This document shows positions 12,001-16,406 of a DNA stretch of 36,838 bases, one piece after another (position 1 is the first letter of the stretch; each line of letters opens with the position of its first letter). The notes under the pieces were generated by a model. That model was not told where the DNA came from, did no database searches, and worked only from the letters and a program-made list of their open reading frames with translations. The position numbers were made by a program, and so were the translations under genes. This stretch comes from an uncultured Candidatus Peribacteria bacterium (GTDB taxonomy: Bacteria > Patescibacteriota > Gracilibacteria > UBA1369 > 2-02-FULL-48-14). The stretch covers positions 1 to 36,838 of the forward strand of contig CAZHKJ010000001.1 of NCBI GenBank assembly GCA_964533115.1. Direction: 5' to 3'.

Positions 12001-15000
12001 AGCGGAGGGCTATTCCACGGCAACGGAATGGAACTTGGGGGCGGATTTAGAAGCTCTTGAGGGTTGGTATTCTGACGACCTGATTCTCGCTTCTGAATCG
12101 GACTTGCCTAGTCAACTGGAAGGAATCAATTATGGAGGCGAGGTTCAAGCCCTCAATAATGGCTTTTATCTTTATGATGCTGAAGAGAGTGTGAGTACTC
12201 GTTTAACTCAATACACTCAAGAAGCCAATCAAAGTTCTCATATTTTGTTTATGGATTTAGATGGAGATGGAGATGAAGACGTGGTTTATTCCATGGGTTC
12301 GGATGTTTATATTAAAGAAAATCACACTGAAGAAGCCAAGCTTGCTTATGTGGTTGAAGATCCTGGCTTTGCCTCATTGAGCGAGCTTGTCCCTGAGGAG
12401 GATAATATGAAAAATCTTCAATTAGGCCGTAATGAATATGAAGAGGTGGCTTGGTCTTTCCGTTCGGAGGACCGTGCGGTGGGTTATGACTTTTTCCTTT
12501 ATGATTCTTTGGATGCTCAAGAAGTCGACCCTGACTCAAATGTGAAACAACTTCTGCTCTTAACGAATGCCCATCCTTCCCCGCTGGACTTGGCAGAGAT
12601 TCCTGACTCGACGGAGGTTCCCCTTCCGGATTTTTCGATCAGCCGTCTGGTCGCTACTGACGTGAGAGGAGATGTGATATTAAAAAATGCGATCAGTCGA
12701 GTGCTCATGTCCTCCAATGGAGAGATTGAAATCGCTGAAGCCATCACTCTTCAAACGACGGAATCCTCACGCTTTACTCTCACTCGTGGAGATTCAGATC
12801 TTTCTTTTGATGTGCCAGCTTATACGGTTTTAGAATTTGGGGCTACTCAGGATCGAACGATTCGCTTAGAAAGTGGCGAAGCCTTTTTGCTGGATAACTC
12901 TGTAATATTGGACGAACAAAATTTGGAGGAAGGAATGATGGTGCTCCCTCAAGAATTACTTTCTTTGGAAAGTACTCGTGCGGAGGCTCTGCTCCAAACA
13001 AGTGAAGGTGCCCTGATCGCTCTTGATAATGAAGAGAGCTTTGTGATGGATCAACTTCTCAATCCTCAAAACCCTACCGCTCAAGTGGAAATTGGCAACG
13101 GGGCGTATTATGTAACAGGTCGTGCTCTTTATGCGAATGGAACGGCCTCCACCCTCTCCGATAATATTTTATTGAACCCTCAAATTTGCAGCGATAAATC
13201 TGCTCCTTTTGTGATTGTTAATAATGGCAATACTAGTGTCGACTTGGCCATTTATTCCACCATGACTTTATCCGCAGAGGATTCTTTTGATAGCGACAGC
13301 CAAATCATTGATGCGTACTGGGATTTAGATTCCCAAATAGATGCGGATGGCGATGGTATTTTGAACAATGATGAAGAAAGAATTGGCCTGAGCGCCGAAG
13401 TCGGGCCTTACGACAACCTGGATCCTCGCACGGTTACGGTTTACCTCACCGATGCGGTTGGCAACCTGGCTAGCTCAGAAATAACGGTGAATGTTTACGT
13501 GCCCGAACTTGAAATCATCGATGCCACCTCTACTTTGGTGAAGGGAAATACCAGACCAGCCAGTCCGAATCTTCCCTTCCATCTCATTCGAGAACGTGAC
13601 GGTGCCCTCACGGATCTTGGATCTTATATCACGGATGAGGAAGGACAATTTGAATTGATGATGGAAGACAGTACGCTGATTGCCATTTATGATCCTAGTG
13701 GAGCCGTGATTGCCGAGTTCAATCCTCAAACCAAACAAATCCTTGTTCGTGATGAGGCGTATGAAGTGACTGCCCTTGCGGCGGACTCCAATTGGCCTTC
13801 GCATTTAATGGTCTACGAAAAAAGCACCGGTATTGTTATGGGGAGTTTCATTTTTGTAACCGAAAGTGGTTTGCCCATCACCCGTTTAGGGGAGCCCCTT
13901 GCGAACTATGATTTGAGTAGCTTCAATCGTTTGAGTGTCCACTCCGTGAGCGACTCCGATGGCTATGAGTTTAGTCTCAATTCCATCACGGCTCGGGATG
14001 AGGAAGGGGCTTTGGATTTACTCATCACCAATAATGGAAACATCAATATTTTTGATGACCGTTATTCACTCAAGCATCGTGAAGCAGATTCTTTAGAGGA
14101 GCATCTGATTTTAGAAATTTATGATGGAGAAACTCTGGAGCTGGAAATCTGGCCCGGTAGCGCTTTGGATCTTTACCTAGAAAGTACGGATGACTTAGCC
14201 CTGCCCGATTCCGTTCTACGAGGTCCATATGATTCTTTGTCGGCCGATACTCGTTTATACTTCGAAGACATTGCTGTGGATGATCCTTTGTACGAAGACA
14301 TTGCTGAATTGGTGGAGAGAGGCGTGATTGAAGGCTATGAGATGGATGGAGAGTCTTACTTCAAACCTGATAACGACATCAATCGTGCAGAATTCGCGAA
14401 AATCATTTTGAATATTCTTTGTATTGTCGCACGTGATGAAGCTTATTTGTCTCCTGCCGCCTTCAGTGACATTGGCGATCCTGAATTATGGTATTACCCC
14501 TATACCAAAGAGGCTTCTTTAGGAGGCTTAATCACGGGTTACTTGGGTGAAAAAAATGCCAATGGATTAGCTCCTTTCAAACCTGGAAATACCATCACTC
14601 GTGCAGAGGCCGTTAAAATCATGATTGAAGCTCTTGAACAACAGGGCGCTATCACGCTCCCCACCGACTTGTATGGCGAACCTTGGTATGAACCTTATAT
14701 CGAAATCGCTCAAGATCTTAGCCCTTATTTAACGGATGAATTCACCAGCGGCAATGCGACTTACATTTTAACACCAGAAGAAGCTGCGGCGCCCAATAAA
14801 ACTTTGACTCGTTATGAATTTGTAGAAATGAGTGTACGTGTTCTTCAGGCTTATAATTGTTTTGCCTTAGATAGCGACAAAGATGGTCTCTTTAACTATG
14901 AAGAAGAAACTCTTCATGGCAGCGACCCTTATAATCCAGATACGGATGCGGGAGGAGTGGATGATGGAACAGAAGTGACTCGTGGCAGTGATCCTTTAAA

Positions 15001-15211
15001 CATTGCAGATGATTTTGAAGATGCGATGAGTGAACTTCTTCCTGGTATTTATGCCGTGAGAGAAACGTGTAGAATCTGCCCCTGCCCTTCACAAGTGGAC
15101 TGGAAAGCGGATCTATTAACGGGAGACTCTATTTTTGCTATCATCCAAGATGAACTCGATCGTATTTTTGAAGTCAGCAACACGGTTCAAATAACTCAAC
15201 CCACGCCATGA
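2..15211 (+). CDS. Giant multidomain cell-surface/adhesin-like protein, 5'-partial (at least 5064 aa)
   Basis: Frame 2 has no stop from nt 2 to the TGA at 15209-15211. The ORF track starts it at TTG 17, but the five codons upstream are also open and the visible N-terminus has no signal peptide, so the true start probably lies outside the window. It contains SLH, TSP3-like, Big/PKD-like and FG-GAP motifs (listed as sub-features below). Confidence 0.9.
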   Translation, partial: FFASLLPMAPLTEALQIVGSEAILNENPGGGLSELREVDALETRYGLVAILVDENTWKGVSSSSGPFSFLGNTALSNSIVTYAQDLQSALPWTKTIILTVSEEDGPPEIQKLLEQFYYEGNPNDSDPTKLTGVVLIGDVPLPVVNKKGYRFISLLPYTDFEDPSYVFDETTEDFLPNLGAQDLQAEIWNGVIVPPVDGQEGIDLLASYFQKNHAFHQGEEEYTSFNQKSFIADFVTEAHTLNAVSFDAYTRYTQLWEEFAYSRYSNDLVEDVFTQMQSTIDAGDQLDNDFDGLYDEEALNGIDDDGDGLVDEDIGDGFFGIDNDGDCWALPEFSRDSNGDGTPCSGGVLNAMGDDWEERPDNGVDEDAFNDNNNDRYWVLPIIPTGSEWEDRLVDEDPPGDSNGDGCAGICGVDDNGDAQDSDGDGYVDGLEKVLGTDPYDDRRPWASIKVFTNGTGNPWSSLLPGDFATAEEATAWWAEGFTDQFYWGLYESPTCMSGGVYRSEWDDDEDALCEEDGSTEDRLWADVYGSPYPGVCAYNDADCDGQIDEDPIGLQSRGLFEDLPDLQARSILQGLTKKYAELFAQPQGVWNRLVNNTGRYEAQVLQSDASVQNDYDTPVSLISKKDAYTIQILRSFNDRFESLTQELIEDEDLALEIPVIGLLEIAGSYTVTIENSDGELEESEALAVCDPGLNSDNADSCLQFLNSGSNDRALGSSMPHDSVSEFVGKNAVEDVYVAGQNWSEVEDVRECSLFAGTYEEGGQLAQFNTMYSSDQADLNLGEVKEIKNCVPEFASYLGDIPELCSTATAYGDIRDLGGAISAEEIVNRFGGDVDTYASAWEVGPEACYEFREFKTYDVYLSIHGDFNDWLSEKLRKFRKNTDGSDAEYEEFLEEVEEKRNSYGTRPDEVTLRKNFSELDIFSKDPSITYTVVDMMKDLGYSAASNDDIDTFIALYDGDLITIDDPQYGSGTENISRLELILYRAYVTEDGESFSFDKEEAKVLSSIYLHNEPRDVVLNAMAETQASPNIPVDATRRMVFIDQSSTAQTLNFIDVFEAENLEDVEAQLSTLANAVENIEGASNLGGEVEDFMDEINLDQLSDALNWYRMSIDEKHSYILSHYLGDDEAVSSKARDGYEMAYIIADGSADEIMFAFNGDSKNMIEGDLEFKYPDELERALILADEEDEASEAAESISSLSNTTPIELKDWFPAVVEWVDEIKDSSNRLTAYGVNGATCGDSSDFSSQASGDLNSDGVPDGAESSVSLKLSSEDFNTLQPNGDVYTVSVSALNGEGSLNYYDSYTEVSLEIVSGEDSISIGGSQVLPLSGGIATFSLFSLDPGSFSLRATLVNRSDIYDSNTLSGSVVEKIIKVTSFVQETISSEVVNNEPSSRIEVKDSFGSIVAVLDPETGALDLREAIAVLKEATPSLPTRISIQSTEGEIYSVFFLIPSEKRVSIGDGFAGVFVNTVAENAGTALAENGIALEVDGLEMGLVTGLGQIALAEGYRLAFENPEEINLYAPLRILDAEANPLFTVEIKDSFTEGSLVPASDLYEDYFSLNENPRFSARLLKIFELPKAWAETMIADTDSDLLDDLEEWLIGTEYRTADTDGDAYKDGEEIFSGYDPLSGNGEKLFTDIDASHVAYYDLASLYVRGVIKGYQDGSFKPDNPITREEFLKIDLGAICKACDNYESTYENALLSLYNQDPFPDTNFNPELLACVAEAKTSGIVSGYAGGDAVGYYLPTQNISRAEATKILVETAGLPTRTPSADEAWYAGYVETAQSYKLFPDGVSPTTEWLGAAITRMEFVMMAVNLVEAKDCRAVDSDADGLSDTEETVLFGTDPQNPDTDNGGINDWDEMVRGTDPLNSTDDFPIPANNLDSEDFSNYGAYDHSPGLYSVSDQADYGSVSSTSGVLSTEMNLYTSEVAADGRSTLMVRAEIRDQNDDIYVDDNSSQIEFILSNDEYGVLESNTVLVQNGIAETSFLSSQNAGELTISAQLVFGSLPSNDQAIHVYAGEPARIEITSESTVLPIGGDSFSDAQVTLYDPYNNLANYGSYSVTFESEDLVLLGLKDEDASIPGIQITVQNGQIPFRILSDLEEGLDTVTVYLTEQPDISDRLSMESIEGMRLLVELSDPYMFAGSAGTQAVQIQVVDALGLPVSDFQGEVSVGLSDADYGTVDQSTFSLISGQGTTVLTAGTLAGTGSILVESMGMETGSSPLEVKPSDTVELRIRTQDGATRLKADSVQKFYVEAYDAYGNLVSTDSSTSGTLRLTEATAPYGTLSRNSFVLNQGQAEFSVLLGTVSGLLNIVASSSGVTAGTWGGEVNYFVTGEEMKEVNPQMLYANVLGAAFGDVTQEDYIGGWMLFNGKTQAVSSLVSEPLPKKPIASVDAEGTISLAQDGLIAQSVVGAGSSLPMVLQWHAYPEQRLMAELFFVLGEEEENPGFNAVLSSSDSAYVLEEQEGASYVLKEDSVVIARIRADGQIVLLDSSYYLVGNDYASGLSLALMKNTEAILRVDYALPQEDVTLLDKDFNLENWSTLNPGLYVKSSPHSEFDFMYTPTGNSSNNPQGLVLTDPNALLPEDLRPSMGYTTLDNAEEDGTVGFEGENKNMLLFSAGNTAGDSNRFYVSEVGILLGDPSIQLPTENELNSLGFTDDIGSTVYAGSEDIFGMVDIDYNGDGQMDVLLVYEDGRIEVLQNYESPNRLNARGALLQIENGIRSIDKGDFNADGLSDLVIVTEESCYAEEMCLYLYENIGGGFVAQNLSFNEINAQPEQVEVMDLNNDGYDDLVLSDVDMQLYVVWNSEGTLSSVDSIENFGLNVDGSQNLYADLAVYYDGLSGGSVSLSVPSRSEDELFSSLGFAHANSASVNSLLRVEKTMSDSSGGRVKMDDTLNVELRLSNLSSASINELYFSDSIGSFFSFNPDGFTCSSCEGIDLSSAELVDGNATRPFIYGPFNLAAGSEVSFSYPLSVAELPTLSLMVGNDIYSDYVDDDYADIGVSLEGNGSGELIVFYSDGTYEETLEEGLFGTGLGAQIIEHVNYERKNYSSSNPDYEEAYDTTQASPLEDADGDGIPDFMGGMDEELGVPVPNTGYDIVSEVLGGTDEDSNGYYSTEEMFSSDNDSDNDGLYDTVDDFEALGNLLLDPSLDFELEEDEVSLSEEGLELELQLEILDESIAGLTDEIEDIVSMFSCNGACLALPGSVAFLAPGPYHDPFTGAILGFDPGTPIFGLMPYPPTFVCTGQQCYGAQAMRMYLAPTTTLGLGLAVCVAPYPVGKCWAFNIPLLQVLSVCDALNGFIADGLSKANAFATSGTSIAFQANSMSSSGTNPSGLSSALLGNYSPPSSVNTNIQVPGFPSVFTEWWRAQKEEFFKMMDLPDLTFIYPDPSSIGSNFNDVQLDQTAKVEELPNGVLGLESVLNYVHALPLIDVKPEKVYVHYPAITDEEILLIQQDFGAWVQDTKTKWGVFKEQFELRKAKNEVSAAEQEIFNELEATVQEAITAVEANMSILESYKEVPYELLELRNMQAEYAKVIICYLDAILDFTAIYLNENMQRIEAWAQFVVDLREIVDGWQLLIDLSADFMDSCDKCTNQRFSGLQLLFSLFVFMPEFPVVELPKLPDIVVDVSHIQAGVDIVWPDLQFIPDRLNIPELPRLEFPEASLNTDLNVDLDITIPLLPEFDFDLELPALPPLTLPQLPSLPPPPAVPELDPSLEASLNVASSVLRLVCIIRAGFIPTDEMMLKTRIEEITERPGGVVLPSDIATTVEWPAFHFDFLKRVEVTTYLNLNANFSPLFDLVQNFAEQTESLSTDFTGGLGGDLQDLADVLEALSAPTQNIDLELDVEGNVEIETNDSNEETSSLDPAMQVAAQYINDPLVAERLMALQKMMETLQVEVDDWAETLPEDITLVATERELTPDDPLLHRYDSIALEGNLDSEFLRSISGTPLEGVALLRDSLLSYVDDFEDENARLAHMDDLSFYNAISSRSVESPTVFASDSAEGYSTATEWNLGADLEALEGWYSDDLILASESDLPSQLEGINYGGEVQALNNGFYLYDAEESVSTRLTQYTQEANQSSHILFMDLDGDGDEDVVYSMGSDVYIKENHTEEAKLAYVVEDPGFASLSELVPEEDNMKNLQLGRNEYEEVAWSFRSEDRAVGYDFFLYDSLDAQEVDPDSNVKQLLLLTNAHPSPLDLAEIPDSTEVPLPDFSISRLVATDVRGDVILKNAISRVLMSSNGEIEIAEAITLQTTESSRFTLTRGDSDLSFDVPAYTVLEFGATQDRTIRLESGEAFLLDNSVILDEQNLEEGMMVLPQELLSLESTRAEALLQTSEGALIALDNEESFVMDQLLNPQNPTAQVEIGNGAYYVTGRALYANGTASTLSDNILLNPQICSDKSAPFVIVNNGNTSVDLAIYSTMTLSAEDSFDSDSQIIDAYWDLDSQIDADGDGILNNDEERIGLSAEVGPYDNLDPRTVTVYLTDAVGNLASSEITVNVYVPELEIIDATSTLVKGNTRPASPNLPFHLIRERDGALTDLGSYITDEEGQFELMMEDSTLIAIYDPSGAVIAEFNPQTKQILVRDEAYEVTALAADSNWPSHLMVYEKSTGIVMGSFIFVTESGLPITRLGEPLANYDLSSFNRLSVHSVSDSDGYEFSLNSITARDEEGALDLLITNNGNINIFDDRYSLKHREADSLEEHLILEIYDGETLELEIWPGSALDLYLESTDDLALPDSVLRGPYDSLSADTRLYFEDIAVDDPLYEDIAELVERGVIEGYEMDGESYFKPDNDINRAEFAKIILNILCIVARDEAYLSPAAFSDIGDPELWYYPYTKEASLGGLITGYLGEKNANGLAPFKPGNTITRAEAVKIMIEALEQQGAITLPTDLYGEPWYEPYIEIAQDLSPYLTDEFTSGNATYILTPEEAAAPNKTLTRYEFVEMSVRVLQAYNCFALDSDKDGLFNYEEETLHGSDPYNPDTDAGGVDDGTEVTRGSDPLNIADDFEDAMSELLPGIYAVRETCRICPCPSQVDWKADLLTGDSIFAIIQDELDRIFEVSNTVQITQPTP
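134..655 (+). other. Alpha/beta region resembling the gingipain (peptidase C25)-like fold; catalytic residues not identified
   Basis: The pattern YGLVAILVDE ... EIQKLLEQFYYEG ... LTGVVLIGDVPLPVV ... LLPYTDFED ... DFLPN ... EIWNGVIVPP resembles the C25 layout (LLvGD..iP, sD..Y, pd..vGR.p). This is similarity by eye only, and no clear His/Cys dyad is visible. Confidence 0.3.
842..1657 (+). repeat. Asp-rich calcium-binding-type repeats (DxDxDG / IDDDGDGLVDED class)
   Basis: Repeated motifs include DNDFDGLYDEE, GIDDDGDGLVDEDIGDG, GIDNDGDC, DSNGDGTPC, GVDEDAFNDNNND, LVDEDPPGDSNGDGC, GVDDNGDAQDSDGDGYVDGLEKVLGTDPYDD and DADCDGQIDEDP. Confidence 0.6.
4757..5617 (+). other. TSP3-like repeat, three SLH domains, then TSP3-like repeats (wall-anchor module 1)
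   Basis: DTDSDLLDDLEE..TADTDGDAYKDGEE is followed by three SLH-like units: FTDIDASHVAYYDLASLYVRGVIKGYQDGSFKPDNPITREEF, FPDTNFNPELLACVAEAKTSGIVSGYAGGDAVGYYLPTQNISRAEATKIL and AWYAGYVETAQSYKLF...AAITRMEFVMMAVNL. These are followed by DSDADGLSDTEETVLFGTDPQNPDTDNGGINDWDEMVRGTDPLNSTDD. Confidence 0.75.
5768..6960 (+). repeat. About four tandem bacterial Ig-like (Big_1/invasin-type) domains
   Basis: There are roughly 95-100 aa units with a recurring pattern: AADGRSTLMVRAEIRDQNDD...VQNGIAETSFLSSQNAGELTISAQ; DSFSDAQVTLYDPYNNLANYGSYSVTF...VQNGQIPFRIL; AGTQAVQIQVVDALGLPVSDFQGEVSV...LISGQGTTVLTAGTLAGTGSILVES; and DSVQKFYVEAYDAYGNLVSTDSSTSGTL...LNQGQAEFSVLLGTVSGLLNIVASS. A further Big-like unit lies at about 3770-4070. 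Confidence 0.6.
8021..8425 (+). repeat. FG-GAP/VCBS (integrin-alpha-like) repeats
   Basis: Motifs are VDIDYNGDGQMDVLLVYEDGRIEVLQN, GDFNADGLSDLVIVTEE...LYLYENIGGGF and VMDLNNDGYDDLVLSDVDMQLYVVWNSEG. An additional unit, FMDLDGDGDEDVVYSMGSDVYIKEN, lies near 12250-12320. Confidence 0.65.
9572..11290 (+). other. Unassigned hydrophobic, Cys/Pro/Gly-rich central module with helical and Pro-rich segments
   Basis: The module starts SMFSCNGACLALPGSVAFLAPGPYHDPFTGAILGFDPGTPIFGLMPYPPTFVCTGQQCYGAQAMRMYLAPTTTLGLGLAVCVAPYPVGKCWAFNIPLL. It continues with a helical stretch, a TM-like segment GLQLLFSLFVFMPEFPVV (about 10790-10850), the tract LPALPPLTLPQLPSLPPPPAVPELDP, and then VLRLVCIIRAGFIP. It matches no domain family I can name. 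Confidence 0.5.
13199..13504 (+). other. PKD-like Ig domain
   Basis: SAPFVIVNNGNTSVDLAIYSTMTLSAEDSFDSDSQIIDAYWDLDSQIDADGDG...RTVTVYLTDAVGNLASSEITVNVYVP follows the PKD pattern (D.DG.I..Y.WD...DG ... V.LTVTD..G...V.V). Confidence 0.45.
14261..15013 (+). other. Three SLH domains followed by TSP3-like repeats (wall-anchor module 2)
   Basis: The SLH-like units are FEDIAVDDPLYEDIAELVERGVIEGYEMDGESYFKPDNDINRAEFAKIIL, FSDIGDPELWYYPYTKEASLGGLITGYLGEKNANGLAPFKPGNTITRAEAVKIMI and EPWYEPYIEIAQDL...KTLTRYEFVEMSVRVL. They are followed by DSDKDGLFNYEEETLHGSDPYNPDTDAGGVDDGTEVTRGSDPLNIADD. Confidence 0.75.
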
Positions 15212-15798
15212 CTTTTGAACGCTTCCAAGAACGACTCTTCCAGATTGGCTTGCTGGCTCTGATCTTTTTATCGGGGTTTTTATGGACTTCTGCAGAAGAG
15301 AGCGATACGGAAGCACCGGCTGAAAGCTTCACCGCAGAAGATTATGCCTGTGCTCAAGCCGTCGTTGCCGGAGGTGAAGAACTCATGGAAGCCTATTTTG
15401 TTTTTTTAGATCAGTATTTTAAAATCGATACTCCTTCCAGTGAACAGCTTGCGGATACTATGACTTTTTATCGTTTTGTGGAAGATAGTATTTATAATTT
15501 ATACACTCAAAATGCCCAGCTGTCCGGCTCGGATAAAACTCTTGGATTTGCGGGCCAAGAATTAGCCGTTTGCCGACAAAAACGCGATGAATATCTCTTA
15601 GTGGCTCAAACGGCTCTTTACAAGCAGGTGATGGGCTCTGCGACCTATAAGACCACTTTCCAATTTGTAGATGGACTTAAAATCATGAATGAAAATCTTG
15701 CTGCTCTTTCCACTGTTTTTCAGGAAACTTTCCCCGGCCAGTTCATTCAAATGGACAACGGCCTACAATGTTATGCTAGCCAATGCATCACTCAATGA
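15208..15798 (+). CDS. Secreted helical protein of unknown family (tail gene A, 196 aa)
   Basis: Its ATG at 15208 overlaps the giant gene's TGA (ATGA). The N-terminal hydrophobic segment LFQIGLLALIFLSGFLWTSA looks like a signal peptide. The protein has four Cys and ends GLQCYASQCITQ. Confidence 0.8.
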   Translation: MTFERFQERLFQIGLLALIFLSGFLWTSAEESDTEAPAESFTAEDYACAQAVVAGGEELMEAYFVFLDQYFKIDTPSSEQLADTMTFYRFVEDSIYNLYTQNAQLSGSDKTLGFAGQELAVCRQKRDEYLLVAQTALYKQVMGSATYKTTFQFVDGLKIMNENLAALSTVFQETFPGQFIQMDNGLQCYASQCITQ

Positions 15799-16406
15799 AA
15801 ACTTTTTTCTTTAAATACGGCCGTTTTTTCCTCCTCGCTTTTGCTCTTGGTTTCCTGATGCCACGTCTTCAATCGGTTTCACTAGAAGCCAATAGTTTTG
15901 ACTATAATGGCTCAGCGAATTTAGACGATTTGATTGTGGGCTACCATCTTCAAATGAATGCCATCACCAATGAATACATTGAACGATTGATGACGAGTGA
16001 GGATCCGAATGTGCTTTACCCTTCCGATGCCGACTCCTGTAATGCCGATAACTTGTCTACTTTTTGTTTAGCGAATGAACTCAACGAAAATTTAATCGCC
16101 TTTGAAACAGAGCTTGTAGCGAGAAAAGATGGTTTGGAAAACCTGTCTGGATCTTTGGAAGAAGCCCTTTCTCAAGCCAATCAGCAGGAACTCGTGATTC
16201 AAGAACAACGACAAAATGCTGAGGATGCTTTGGACCTTACTCTTGCCATCTACAACCAAATTCAAACCGTATACCCGCTCCATAAAGAAATGGAAAACTT
16301 CCGTGATGGTCTGGAAAGCTTTCGGGATCAATTGGCACTCCTTCGGGATGTGATTGAAATCTACCCTTCTAAATTTAACGGTGCGACTACCGCACATTGC
16401 AAATGA
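15795..16406 (+). CDS. Secreted helical protein of unknown family (tail gene B, about 203 aa)
   Basis: The preferred start is ATG 15795, which forms an ATGA overlap with gene A's stop at 15796-15798; the track's start at 15783 lies 12 nt upstream in the same frame. The signal-peptide-like N-terminus is MKTFFFKYGRFFLLAFALGFLMP. The protein has three Cys and ends GATTAHCK. Confidence 0.8.
   Translation: MKTFFFKYGRFFLLAFALGFLMPRLQSVSLEANSFDYNGSANLDDLIVGYHLQMNAITNEYIERLMTSEDPNVLYPSDADSCNADNLSTFCLANELNENLIAFETELVARKDGLENLSGSLEEALSQANQQELVIQEQRQNAEDALDLTLAIYNQIQTVYPLHKEMENFRDGLESFRDQLALLRDVIEIYPSKFNGATTAHCK

Noticed and set aside
374-14892. Numerous 60-135 aa ORFs within the giant gene, on the minus strand or in alternative plus frames. 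Examples are 374-718, 3389-3739, 4880-5239, 5775-6182, 10927-11292 and 13475-13804.
   Set aside because: All lie fully inside one long ORF with recognisable domain motifs. Their sequences are low-complexity mirror images of the sense frame; for example, the Ser/Gly/Arg-rich 10927-11292 ORF is the antisense of the Pro/Leu-rich tract. None has an independent motif.
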